Shown piece after piece: positions 40,096-54,275 of a stretch of DNA of 64,000 bases. Source of the DNA: the human T2T-CHM13v2.0 reference genome, Homo sapiens; assembly GCF_009914755.1 (NCBI RefSeq), contig NC_060938.1; one strand, 5' to 3'. The notes beneath the pieces are model-generated. The model was not told the origin of the DNA. It worked only from the letters and a program-made list of their open reading frames with translations, and made no database searches. Every line of letters starts with the position of its first letter. The stretch's first letter is position 1. Both the position numbers and the translations under genes were made by a program.

Positions 40096-40912
40096 TCTTC
40101 TGTGTTTTCAATGAAGTTATAGTGAACTACAATGGCTGCAAAGAAATATTAAGTGGGGAAACAAAATCATCCTGTTATCAGTGTTAAAGGCTTTTTCAAA
40201 TAATAAGGACTTTCCTTTATTTCTCTATTTGAGCACATTAAAATGCTACTAACTGGAATCCTTCATAGCAGGAATTTTGGATTAAGAGACAAATCACATG
40301 GGGAAAAAAGCCTGATAACTTTATTTTTAAACTAACCACTGAAAGGTTAAGTGAGAATCGTGACACTGGGATTGGAATGCAGACGTCTAATCAGGGAGAT
40401 CTTCCATCTAGGTGAACTTTCCATTACCCAGGCCTCCTGTCTCTCCCCCTGCTCATCGACTCCAACCACACCGGCCACCGTGCTGGGCCAGGAGTACACC
40501 CAGCAAGCTCCCATCTCAGGGTCATTGCCCTGGCTGTTATCTCTGCCTGCAACAAATGCTCTTCCTCCAGGCAGCCCTGGCTCACTTCCTCACCTTCTTC
40601 AACATTTTGCCCCAGAGATGCCTCCTCAGTAAGGCCATTACTGAACCCTCTTCCTAAAACTACACGCCCCTGCCCTCCCCATTCCCTTTGCCCTCCTCTA
40701 TCTATGAGTGACCTTAAACATACCTCAAGATTGACTTATATATAATACTCATGGTCTGTCGCCCCCGAGTAGAATGTGAGTCCCAAGGACAGAGATTGCT
40801 GCCTGTTTTGATATCTAATGTTATGGTATCTCACACTTGCCAAGTGTCCTATACACGTAGAACTATATCTTATACATTTCAAGGCCTTTTTCTATTTTTT
40901 ATTTACTCAGTG

Positions 40913-41610
40913 TGTTAACAGTAGTGAGGGCATATGGGTCGCAGCAACTCGATTTTTGCCTCAGGAGGAAAGAATTCGGCTGAGGGGCATAAGGCAGAGG
41001 GAGAGACTGAGGCAGTTTTAGAGCAGGAGTGAAAGTTTATTAAAAAGTTATAAAGCAGGAACAAAAGGAAGTCAAGCACACTTGGAAGAGGGCCAAATGG
41101 GTGACTTGAGAGATCCAAGCATGCTGTTCGGCCCTTGACTTGGGGTTTTATACATTGACATAGTTCCAGGGTTTCTGTTTCTCCTCCCTTGATTTTTCCC
41201 TTGGGGCAGGCTGTCTGCTTGCACAGTGGCCTGCCACATGCAAGGTGGGCCACATGCAAGGTGGTTACTGAAGTTGTGCGCATGCTCATCTGAGGCACTT
41301 TTCCCTTATCAGTCATGTGTTCCAAAAAGAGGGTCATATACCAGTTAAACTCTGCCATTTTGCCTCTTAGTGCACATGCTTAAGCCTGCTCACCCAGCTC
41401 CCAAGATCTTATTGGGAAGGTGCTGATCATCACTTTCAGGTGTTTTCTATCTATTGAGACACAGCCTTTCCCTGGCACCAGCTGCAACCAATTATTATTT
41501 TAAAGAGACAGTTTAACAACCAGCTGACTACCACCTAATGGCTGCCTGACATTCCTGGGGTCGGGGACTCTCCTGTCCAGCTCATGTCTGCCTAGCTACC
41601 TACTCTAACA
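40913..41610 (-). mobile_element. MER50 solo LTR (ERV1)
   Basis: Minus strand begins TGTTAGAGTAGGTAGCTAGGCAGACATGAGC; TG...CA termini; minus-strand AATAAA near 41036; near-TSD AGTG/AGTA. Confidence 0.85.
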
Positions 41611-41808
41611 AGTATATTCTTCGAAAGATATTTTGAAAATGATCCCATACCATGTTTTGAATGTGGTAAATCTCATTTAGTCTTCAAAACAACACTGTAA
41701 GGTAGGCACTGTCCCCATTCTACAGATGACAAAACGTATTCAAAATTAAGCAAATAGCTCAAGATCACACAGCTTTTAAGGGAAAGTTAAAAAATTAAAC
41801 TATTTTCT

Positions 41809-42160
<352 letters not shown>

Positions 42161-42419
42161 CTACTGACCCTACATAATGGAGATCTATAATGGCCCTCTA
42201 TTTCCGACTCTATTCCCCCGGAAGGAAAACCCCATTGGCATGGCCCTGGCCTATCACCACCATATTTGCAGTATCTAGGATCATGTCTGATATGTAGTAG
42301 GTGTTCATAAATATTTGTTGAATGAACGAATGGCTAGTGTCAAGGATACAATCTCTGTCAGTCTCTGAAAGACTTCATCTTCCTCCTGTTTTCTTCCCCT
42401 CCTCTCTGAACAACTCAAT

Positions 42420-43268
42420 GTGAAGCCCTTTGGGTGGGGCAGACTAAGGCAGGCTTCTGCAGCTGGGGGTGTGAGAGCCCACGCAGGGGCCTGGAGCGGA
42501 TTGTTCAAGCTCAGGTTGGGCGAGGATGGGGGTGCTGCTGTGCAGAGTATGGAGCCCTAGTGGACTGGGGAGAGTGTTCACACAGAAAGGCAGCCTACAG
42601 TGGGCATCAGAGTCCAAAGCAGATAAGAAGGTTATTCACACAGGGGGTGTGACATGGTGTGGGGCACTGGAACCCAAACAGGGAGGGAGTGGGTGCCCTG
42701 GTATTGGGTTGTGGGGCCTGAACAGATTGAAGCAGAGGAGGGTGTCCATTCACAGGAGCAGCCTTGCATGGACAATCAGAGCCCAGGGGCCTGGGGAGGC
42801 TGTCCACATGGGGTGAACTGCTCTAGGGAGGCAGAGCCTGACTGAGAGGATGGGGCATCCTTGCAAGGGGATGGCCCAGTGATGGGGTTTAGGAACCTGA
42901 GCAGGGTGAGATGGGCATGCACTTGTGGGATGGCCTAGCATGAGCTGTCAGGACCCAAGCAGGGTGAGCATGGCCTCCACGTGGGGTGAGCTGGGGACTC
43001 AGATTGGGGACTGACAGCTTGAGCAGGAAGAGGGAGGTGTAGGGAGAGGAAGATGTTGGAGATGGGAGATTGGCTACATACAGAAGGATTTATCAAATAA
43101 ACAAATATATTAAAAATAACAAAAAACAGTTTAGTCACTGTTACAGAAAAATGAAGGGGAAAAAACTGGAATGGATGCTGTGGTGTTGGATTGGAATTGG
43201 GATATTGTGTTAGCTCATATTTTTCAATATATAGAGATAAATATGGAAATAAATTCATATGTAAATGT

Positions 43269-43314
<46 letters not shown>

Positions 43315-44410
43315 CCTCTAGCTCTCTCCACTGAGAATAGCTGGGATTAGCAACCTCTTCCCCATCCAATAGCAATGAGCACACCTAGCTCATAGGTCTT
43401 GTTTTCTAAATACCATTTTCCCCTGAAAGGAACCAGGGCTCCTCTGAGAAATGGCTGACTTCAAAACTGGGGCAGGGAAAGTATAAAGCAAGCCTGGAAC
43501 ATCTTAATTATAAGGAAGTGCTTGAGGAATGAGAGAGCCACCTCACAAGAACACAGAAGCCGGTTTGAAAGGGGATTCCCACTGACCAAACTGGGGACAA
43601 TTTGAGCATCAACATATATAATGATAATAATAGATTATGATCCCTTGAAAAAAATAGGAAACAGTGATTCCACACAGATAAAAACAAATTTAAAAATGAA
43701 AGTTTAATGAGAAACAAGCGACTTACAAAGTTTCAAAGTACCTGACCATAAAATAACCAAAGGGAAAGAATCACTTTACAGTAAGAAATCCTGACAGACC
43801 CTAATGTAATCGGGAGACCAAAGTAAACTATCATCAGTGACAGAACCAATTAAATTCTAAGCCAGAAGACAAACTGCACTAAGAATACAGTGTCACTTCT
43901 GGGATATTTCTTCTTATCGAAGAAGTACCTGAAAGAAGTAGCCTAACCCTAATCATGGAGAAATACCAGACAAACCCAAATTGAAGGATTTCTACAAAAT
44001 GACTGGTTTGTAATCTTCAGAAGAGTCAAAGTCATGAAAGTCAAGACAGTCTGAACTATTCCAGACTGAAGAAAACTAATGGGACAGGACAATCAACTGC
44101 AACAGGGGAATCAGAACTAGATTCTGTTGCTATAAAGAGCATTATTGCGACAACTGGCAACACTTAATAGGTCTTGAGGAATAGATGTTAGTAATGCATC
44201 AGTGTAAACTACCCGATTGTGGTTATTAAATTGTGGTTCTATAGGAAAATGTCCTTGGAAACACACAATGAGGTACTGAGGAATGATGATGCACCATGTC
44301 CACAACCTAATCTCAAATAATTCAGGGGGAAAAAGTTATGTGTACTGTGCTCCTAATGTTTCTGTGAGTTTATGATTGTTTTGATACTCAAAACAATTAA
44401 AAAATAAAAC
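42420..44410 (+). mobile_element. L1MC/L1MD-type 3' region
   Basis: aaggaaccagggctcc...gagaaatggctga; cagacaaacccaaattgaagga; aaagtcatgaaagtcaag. Includes (TG)n at 43266-43312. Confidence 0.7.
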
Positions 44411-44643
44411 AGTAGGCATACTCCCTTCAAAAGAAAGCAAACCAAAAAAGGTCCATACTGTTTGCACATAAAGATACATTAACAATGTAAACTAAAATCA
44501 ATCTAATTTCTATCACTCTAATTTTTCCTCATATATTTTGTTTTTGAGTTGTGAATGAAGATGCATATATGAAACGAATATCAAAACTAAATGCCAGTGA
44601 TAGCTATCTTACTGGTTGGAGAATTAGGTGGTCCACAAAACTG

Positions 44644-44966
<323 letters not shown>

Positions 44967-45699
44967 AAAGCTGCTCTTTATAAGAGTGGTTGTCTTACCA
45001 ACTTCTTTACCAACAAGTCAGGCTAAGCATTTATATGACATGAAAGGAATTTATATATTTATCACTCTGTTCCCATTAGAGAGAAATAAACCAAATACAT
45101 TGACAACTGTGAACTGTTATTTAAATTTACATGACTTATTTTGGAAAAATAATGCAGTTATTTCAGCATTAAGTTAATGATAATTTTAGCTATTATATGA
45201 AAAAATGATTCTGTGCAAAAGAAAACAGTAGTCTACCCACTAGAGGTCTAGCCCACATTGTGATTATTTGAATTTGTGGGCTTTTGCAGCTTCCTCAGAA
45301 TAATGAGTTCATTCTTAACTACAGAATAGCTGCACTTCAACCTTCTTGTTACTCACTTCAACCTGCACAGATGCAACAAGGTTTTGAATCTCACAAATGG
45401 AGATTTATTATTCTTAAAGATGAATTTCCATAAGTCCTTTCGCATAATGAAATTTCCATTTAACTTTCCATGCATTTCCATAAGAGCAATAAGGAAATCT
45501 GTTTGCTCACTTCTCCTGTCAATCATAAATCTATGCTCAAAAGCATGGAAGGATTGTGTTTACTCTGCAGACTGTGCACCAGGATACCCAGGGGAGGGAG
45601 CAGATTGTCAGGAAATTAGTCACAAGTACTGCCTCATCTACTTAGTACTAATCTCCTCCCCAGCCCATCCTCCACCCTGGTGTAGGGGTATTGTCCTTG

Positions 45700-45990
45700 G
45701 AAACAGAATAGCACAGTGCTTGGTATAAAATTTGAACTTTGAAGTTGGACAGACCTCATTTCAAATCCTAACTCTGCCACTGTTGTGTAACCTTGAATAA
45801 GTTACTTAGACTTTCTAAGCCTGTTTTTTCACCTTCATCATGAGGGTAGTAGCTGCCCACCTCATAGGATTTCGGCAAAAAGTCAGATGATAAAATCATA
45901 CCAAAAAAATCACATGAGGCATATGAAATACTTAAAACAATGTCTGGTACATGGTATGATCTTTAAAAATGCCGGTTATTATTATCATTA
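45700..45990 (+). mobile_element. MIR
   Basis: ttcaaatcctaactctgccact...gtaaccttgaataagttactta...ccacctcataggatt. Confidence 0.75.
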
Positions 45991-46096
45991 TTGATATTTT
46001 AAAATGAGAATCTGATCATGTTTTTAGGATCCCATACTTATAGTGTACTGATTTCCAATCCTCTGCTACCCAAACCTTTCTCATCATGTGGGACCT

Positions 46097-46805
46097 ACAC
46101 ACACACACATACCACCACCCACCAACAACACTACCAATACTAACAACAGCACCACCAACAACACAACCAATATAACAGCACTACCAATACTAACAACAGT
46201 ACCACTAACACCAACAACACTACCAATACTAACAACAGCACCAACAACAACACAACCAATATAAGAACGCTACCAATACTAACAACAGTACCACTAACAC
46301 CAACAACACTACCAATACTAACAACAGCACCAACAACACAACCAATATAACAACACTACCAGTACTAACAACAGCACCAACGACAACACTAGACTTACTA
46401 CCAATATAACAACACTACCAATACTAACAATAGCAACCTAACCAATACTAACAACAACAATACTAACACTAACACCATCACCAACACTACCAGTACAAAC
46501 AAGAGCACCATCAGTGCTACCAATATAACACTACCAATACTAACCACAACAGCAACACCACCAATACTAACAACAACACTACCAATACTAACAACACTCA
46601 CCAACACTACTAATATTAACAGTACCACCAACGCACTACCAATGCTAACAACAAAAAACTACCAATACCAACAACACTAACACCAACACCAATACCAACA
46701 CCAACACCACCAACAAAACTACCACCACCAACAACAGCACTACAAATAGCAACAACAATACCAACACCCTCACCCACCCACCACCCCTCCCAACATCATC
46801 ACCAT
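46097..46805. repeat. A/C-rich degenerate trinucleotide-derived tandem array with 89-bp higher-order period
   Basis: CTACCAATACTAAC occurs exactly at 46131, 46181, 46220, 46270, 46309, 46415, 46531 and 46579; higher-order units start at 46123, 46212 and 46301. Confidence 0.95.
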
Positions 46806-47230
46806 ATTTGTGTTTGCCTGATGACTGTGACAGATGTTACCAACAAGTCTGAAGTTGACTGGAGAGCCTGAGGAGCCCACTGAAGCCAGAGGTGTTGCAG
46901 CTGATTGAACCTATGTTGTGTTCACAGCAAGAAATCCCCAAAGAAGTAGTGACTGGAGTGACTGCCCTACCTGTCTCCATCCATCCAAAGACATTTGGAG
47001 GCATTCATGTATGTATTTCCCCCAGGTAGTCTCACTGCTGGCTCTCTCATTTTGTTCAGGTCTCTGCTCAATGTCACCTCCACAGATAAGTCTTCCCTGG
47101 TCTATATAAATATAAAAAATATAAATCACTCGATAAAATATTTTCATTACTCTCCTTCCCCTTCCCCTCAGTCTGTTTATTTTTCTTTCTATCACCCTTC
47201 TCACTAGCCGGCAATATAGTATCTGTGTCA

Positions 47231-47261
<31 letters not shown>

Positions 47262-47571
47262 ATTTGTGTGTGTGTGTATGTATTGTCTTTCTTTACACAT
47301 AGAAAAAAGTCTCCTATCATGGCGAGGCCTTTGTCTTTTTTTTTTTTTTTACTATTAGAACAATACCTCATATAGTGGGTGTTCGATAAATATGTTTGAG
47401 TAAACAAATACATGAATCAATCAACCAATCAATCAAACTGTCAGCCAGCACTTTAGGGGCAAATAACCCTAACTTTTAGTTGAGGCCAAAGGTCCTTGGA
47501 AAAATGAAATATTCCCATGTTTGCTACAGGGAAATTTACAAAGAAAAGAAGACGACTTCAATAGAGTTCAC

Positions 47572-47573
<2 letters not shown>

Positions 47574-47603
<30 letters not shown>
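47574..47603. repeat. Isolated A30 tract
   Basis: Direct read; no adjacent Alu or L1 body recognised. Confidence 0.9.
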
Positions 47604-47607
<4 letters not shown>

Positions 47608-49140
47608 CAAAGCAGCCTTCACTACAAAGCTCTTAACACACACTTATAAAAGCATATATTTCTGTGTTATTTCTTTCCTGTTTATTTTCATGACTGAGTT
47701 TTTTCTCATGAAATAGGTTTTTAGGAACAGAACCCCACTCTGTAACACTGCAACTACAGGACTTCGCAGTCCAATCTGTGACTGTTGTCTAGGAACCAAT
47801 TCATTCCAAAGTCATCAGTTTCCCCACATCACTGGATTTCCATCATCCCCAGAGTTAAGATCCAAGCCCCTTGGTGGTCAAACAAGGGTGGGCTGGGTCC
47901 ACTCACTTCCCCATCTCATTTCAGGCAACACCTGCTTCCTCCCCTCAGTGCTGAGATACTTCCAGTTTCCCCTCTCCATGCCTGGGTTCCTGCTGCCCCT
48001 CAGACTGCAGCACCTCCATTTCCCTGTGCTGCTACGCACTTAACCACTCTTAAGTCTCTGAGGAAGGTATTCCTGACTTGCACTTCCTACCATGACCATA
48101 ATGAAAATCAAACGAATTCAACATTGTAATCAATAATACGTTTGCAACCCTTTGCTAAAACTGTTCAGAGCAAGTAAAACTAATATAATGGCCCTGCTTT
48201 TTCTCTGATGCTGTGTATTCTCTGAAGACATATCTCTGAAATGTTTTCTTCATAATATTCTGAAAAAATTCACCCTATTCCATATCCACTGTAGATCCTA
48301 AGATTCTAATTATGATAATATAATATGCATCTCTCCGAATACCTGTGGAAGTATACCATGATCCAAGCCTGTAAAAGAAATTAAATACAGGTGGAAAAAT
48401 AAGCCTTAGACTAATTATTTTTCCCTCTGCAGATAATCTTACAAACAGCACCCAGCTTTTAAGAAATGGCAAAAAAACAAAGCAAAACGAAACTTAACAC
48501 TGATTTAGTCAGGCATATCTCTGTCAACTCATTCTATCAACTTTTAACTCAGCAAGAACTCTAAACAAGGAAGCCCAGTTTGGTCAGTCACAAAACTGTA
48601 TATTATTTCATGAAGATTTTCAGAGTATAAGTGATATCTCAGAAATAATGGTGTTATATCTAAATACATCATTTTACATGAAATTTTCTCAAGGCAAAAC
48701 AAAATAAAATGGATCTCTGATAAGCATTTGCATTTCTTATGCCAAAAAACAATACCCCAGGGGCTAAAACTAGAAGCTATAGTTTGAGTTTCCTAAGAAT
48801 TCAAGATAAAATATCAAATAGTGACATAAATAATAAACTCAGCCACATATGTTACATTAAAAAACTTTTTAGTAGGCTTCCACTTTAAATGTTGATCCCA
48901 AAGTCTTATTTTACATTCAGATATTTATTTCGAGTGAAGAATTTTGAACTAAGAATAATGACCAACGTGGGCATCTAGCTTTGGCTGAAAATTAAACAAA
49001 AGAAAAATCAGCAAATACACACATAAGAGAACTTGTGCTTTGATTGTGAAGCGGTCATTATGACTGTATATTGCGTTTCCAAACATCAGTAAATAACAGT
49101 GTTCACTGAGAGGATTCTTCTCCAGAAATGAAAGTGTTGA

Positions 49141-49632
<492 letters not shown>

Positions 49633-49946
49633 TAAATGAAAATAAACTACTCTTTCCTTAATACCACATTGCCTGTCTTTTGTGTTGATGATATGACAGA
49701 CATTTGTTATCTAATCCCAATAAGAAGAGAAAAAAAACTCAACTGCTAACGGTGAGGCATTCTAGAAAATGTAATGGACAATGTCCAATATTGGAACAAA
49801 AGAAATGCTCTTCAAATGTAGCCTTAATTAACAGACCTTTATTAAAATTTTTAAACTTGGCCCAGTTCAGGTATTCTGTATACACAGACAAGACAATATG
49901 ATATATATAATAAGATACTTTCTGACTATCTAGCAAGACAACAATC

Positions 49947-50350
49947 ATGGTGGCTTTTTATTGTGTCAATGTAGTTAAGCTACAACTGTTTTCCAGAGCT
50001 CCCTTCTTTTCATGGTTTTGGGTTCAGGTTGGCCACAAGAAAAATGTTTGCCAGAATTAGAAGGCAGTAGTAAAGCCTCAGCCATGTTTAAGCTCTGAAG
50101 GGCAACGTTAGGTCAGGTAACACTGTGGCTCATGCACATTGTTAGATTTGCTGACTCATCTTGTTGGCATGGGAGGGCAATGGCTGGGCCCCCAGCAACC
50201 CATCTCCTCCCAGATCTCCATGGGACAGCAGCCTGGCCCACTGCATCTCCAACAGGAGCTAGATTGCTTTCTTCAGCTTTTTTGAATCCTGCACCAGGTT
50301 CATGTGCTGTGCCAAGTGAGTGCACCAGGTCTCCTGAAGGTCACTCACAT
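49947..50350 (+). mobile_element. LTR33-like fragment
   Basis: tggtggctttttattgtgtcaatgtagttaagct...ttccagagctccc...ggttggccacaaga. Confidence 0.5.
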
Positions 50351-51237
50351 CATCAAGGGGGTGGTGGGAGCCCAATAAAAGATATCCTAAATAACTATCC
50401 TAGATATCCAAGGCTGATAAAAGAGATCCTAGAAAAAGATTACCCTATCATTGAGATTTATCTGGCTTCTGGCTTCCTTCCAAGATATTTTTAGCTTCAT
50501 ACCATAAACAGGGCATGTAAGGGTGAGTCTACCCACTTTCCCAAGAGGGCTGTCTTTTAGGCCAAGGAAAACAAATGGTAAAAAGGTGAGGGATCATTCT
50601 AGAAAGATCTTTATAGAACTGACAGAGTAAAAGAAGTGGCTAGGTTTCACAATTTGGACAGGCTATCCCTGGAACAGTACACATTGTTTCTTTATTCACA
50701 ATAGAAAAAAAAAATACCTACACATACATACCTACAAAGCCAGTTGACCAGAACAAGAAGGAAATACCTTAGAAAATGCCTTATTCTATTGGCCTGGAAA
50801 CCTAACCAATGAAGTGAGACAAGAAACAGAAACACATATGAGAGTTAGAAAGGAAGACACATTGTTTGTAAATAATGATTGTCTGCATGGAAAATCCACT
50901 GGGCACTTTAAGCAAATGATCGGAATAATTTTTTTTTTAAGTTCAGTAGGTTTGCTGGAAAGATCAACTTGGAAAAACCTATAGTGTTCCTACACACAAT
51001 GACAAATGAGAAAATATAATTTTTAAAAATTTATACCATGAACAGCAAAAATTACAAAGTAGCTTGGAATAAATATATCAAAAGATGTGAAAGATCTTTA
51101 CGGAGAAAATTACACTACTTTATTGAAAGGCATAGAAGACTGACCAAATGTACAGTTATATTACTTTCATGAATGGAAGACCCAATAATGTACAGATATC
51201 AGTTCCAACCAAATTTATCTACAACATCCAAGCAATC

Positions 51238-52524
51238 GTTTCCTATTGCTCCTGCAACAAATTTCCACAAACTTAGTGACTTAACATTTATCACCTCAGT
51301 GTTTCGAAGGGCAGGAGTTCACAATGAGAGCTGCAGGGCTGACATCAAGGTGTTGGCCCAAACTGTATTCTTCCCAGAGGCTTAAGGTGAGACTTTCCCT
51401 TTACCTTTTCCAGAACAGAATTAAAAACTAACATTGTACGATTATCTCAATAGATGTAGAAAAAGCATTCAATAGTATGCAGCATCCCTTTATGACAAAA
51501 ACCCTCAAGAAACTAGGCATAGAAGGAGCATACCTCAAAAAAATGAAAGCCATCTGTGACAGACTCACAGCCAACGTCACGCTGAATGGAGAAGAGTTAA
51601 AAGCATTCCCCCTGAGAAGTGGAACAAGACAAGGATGCTCACTTTCACTACTTCCATTCAACATAGTACTGGAAGTCCTAGCCAGAGCAATCAGGCAAGA
51701 GAAAGAAATAAAGGGCATGCAAATTGGAAAAGAGGAAATCAAACTATTACTGTTTCCCAATTATATGATAATATACATAGAAAATCCTAAAGACTCCTCC
51801 AAAAAAACTCCTAGATTTGATAAATGAATTCAGTGAAGTCACAGGTGACACAATCAATGTACACAAATCAGTAGCAGTGCTATACACAATGACCAAGCTG
51901 AGAATCAAATCAAGAACTCAATCCCTTTTACAAAAGCTGCAAAAAAAGTAAAATACCTGGAAATATACTTAACCAAGGAGGTGAAAGATCTCTACAAGGA
52001 GAACTACAAAACACTGTTGAAAGAAATCACAGATAACACAAATAAATGGAAATATACCCCATGCTCATGGACTGGAAGAATCAATATTGTAAAAATAACC
52101 ATACTGCCAATTCCTGTCAAAATACCAATATCATTTTTTATAGAATTAGAAAAAAAAAACTCCTAATATTCATATGGAACCAAAAAAGAGGCCAAATAGC
52201 CAAAGCAATCCTAAGCAAAAAGAACAAAGCTGGAGTCTTTTCCAGCTTTTAGAGGCTGCTTGCATTCCTTGGCTGATGGCCACGTCACTCTGACCTCTGA
52301 TTCCATCATCATATCTTCTTCTCTGATTCTGACACTTCTCCCTTTTTCTCATAAAGACCCTTCTGATTACATTGGGTCTGCCTGGATAATCCAGGATTAT
52401 TTCTCTATCTCAAGATCTTTAACTTAATTATATCTGAAAAGTCCTTTTTGCCATGCAAAAAAGAAAGGTTCTAGGGATTAGGATGGGACCTCTTTGAAAG
52501 AGGGTCATTACTCTGTCTGCCACA
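51238..52524 (-). mobile_element. MLT1 (A-C-like) LTR split by an L1 fragment
   Basis: gtttcctattgctcctgcaacaaatttccacaaacttagtg (51238) ... ctttt|ccag ... gattacattgggtctgcctggataatccagg...ctctgtctgccaca. Confidence 0.8.
51414..52236 (+). pseudogene. Internal L1 ORF2 (reverse transcriptase region) fragment, decayed
   Basis: Translation [15 protein letters not shown]...[32 protein letters not shown]; catalytic FADD decayed to FPNY; frameshifts; [16 protein letters not shown] downstream. Confidence 0.92.
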
Positions 52525-53079
52525 TGAAGACAATTTTGAAGAAGAACCAGGAGAGGGTCCTTGCCATACTAGATACTAAGATTTATGATAAATCTCCCGT
52601 AATTAAAATCAGGTTGTATTGGAAGAGGCATAAGTAACGAGAACCCAGAAAAGGGCTATCATATATGGGAACTTGGTATATGACACAGGTAGTTTTACAA
52701 ATTAGGAGGGAAAGCCAATAAACACTGTTGAGACCATTAGTTGTCCATGTAGGAAAAAAGAATTAGCTCCCTAACTCATCGTATATATAAATCAGTTCCA
52801 GATAAATTGTGTAGACATAAAGGTGAGGAAAATATTAAAATACTGGCAAATAATTTTATGACCTTAAGTAGAGAAAAATTTCCTATAAAGACCCCCAAAG
52901 CACAAATGATAAATTGTATACATAAAAATGTAATACTATTCCACAATAAAAGACACCATGCATAAAATAAAAAGACAAGCCAGAAACTCTAAAAGATGTT
53001 TGCCATCCATGTAGCCAAAACCAAACCATTAATATTGAAAATACAGAAAGAATGTCTATAAATCTATAAGAAAGTCCAG

Positions 53080-54275
53080 TTATATAAAAATTAAAATAGA
53101 TCAGAGTCCTAAATCTAAGAGCTAAAACCATAAAAAATCTTAGGAATAAAATAGGGGTAAATCTTCATGACCTTGGATTTGCCAGTGGTTTCTTAGATAC
53201 GACATCAAAAGTACAAGCACCAAAAGAAAAAATAGATAAGTTGGACTTCATAGAAATTAAAAACTTTTGTGCATGAGAGGACACTATCAAGAAAGTAAAA
53301 TGACAACCTATAGAATGGAAGAAATATTTGCAAATTATATATTTGATAAGGGTCTAGTATCCAGAATATATAAAGGGCACTTAAAACTCATCAATGGAAA
53401 AATGAACAACTCATTTAAAAATAGCAAGGACTTGAACAGACGTTTCCCTAAAGAAGATATACAAATGGCTAACAGGTACATGAGAAGATGATCAATACCA
53501 TAAGCCATTAGGGAAGTGTAAATCAAAACCATAATGAGATACCACTTCACATTCACTGCAATTGTGATAACACTTTTTTAAATGGAAAATTAGTGTTGGC
53601 AAAGTTGTGGAGATATTGGAACTTTCATAAATTGCTGATAGAAATGCAAAATAGTGTAGCTGCTATAGAAGACATTTTGGGTGTTTCTCTAAAAACTAAA
53701 CACAGAATTACCACATGACCCAGCAATTCCATACCCCCCAGAATTGAACAGGGACTCAAACAGATACTTTTTAACCAACGTTTATCAGACTACTATGAAA
53801 GGTGGAAACAACTGAAATGTTCATTAACTGATGAACGGATAAATAAAATGTGCTACATATATATTACATATATGCATAATATATTATGTGTAAATATTAT
53901 CTATATATACATATTATGCATATTATATACATACACATACACCCCAATATTATTCAGCCATAAAAAGGAATGAAGTACTGATACACACTACAATATGGAT
54001 GAACCTTGAAAACATTATACTAAACGAAAGAAGCCAGGCAAAAATGACCATATAGTGTATGGATCCATTTATACGAAATATCATGAGTCAGCAAATTTAT
54101 AGCGCTAACAGCTTAGTGGCTTCCAGGATCAGAGGTGGGAGGAAAATGGGGAGTAACTGCTTAATGGATATGGGTTCCCTTTTTGAGTGATGAGAAGTTT
54201 GAGTGATGATGGTTGCACCGCTAAATATCACCAATGGTAAATTTTATGCTATACATATTTTAACACAATAAAAAA
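53080..54275 (+). mobile_element. 5'-truncated L1MB-like element (ORF2 end + 3'UTR)
   Basis: FANYIFDKGLVSRIYK-type ORF2 remnant; ccataaaaaggaatgaagtactgatac; ends acaataaaaa. Confidence 0.85.

Noticed and set aside
42420-43070. G-rich strand-skewed segment as a promoter or G4 cluster
   Set aside because: CpG-poor and apparently continuous with the adjacent old L1 3' region.
46123-46600. Repeat-spacer pattern resembling a CRISPR array
   Set aside because: Spacers are themselves repeated and low-complexity, the context is mammalian, and no cas genes are present.
46110-46770. Mucin-like Thr/Asn (+) or poly-Val/Leu (-, 46398-46631) coding potential
   Set aside because: The 89-bp period breaks frame, TAA stops recur, and there is no convincing ATG start or splice structure; translations just reflect repeat composition.
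51477-52166. RT-like ORFs as an active reverse transcriptase
   Set aside because: Catalytic aspartates lost, frameshifted and fragmentary.
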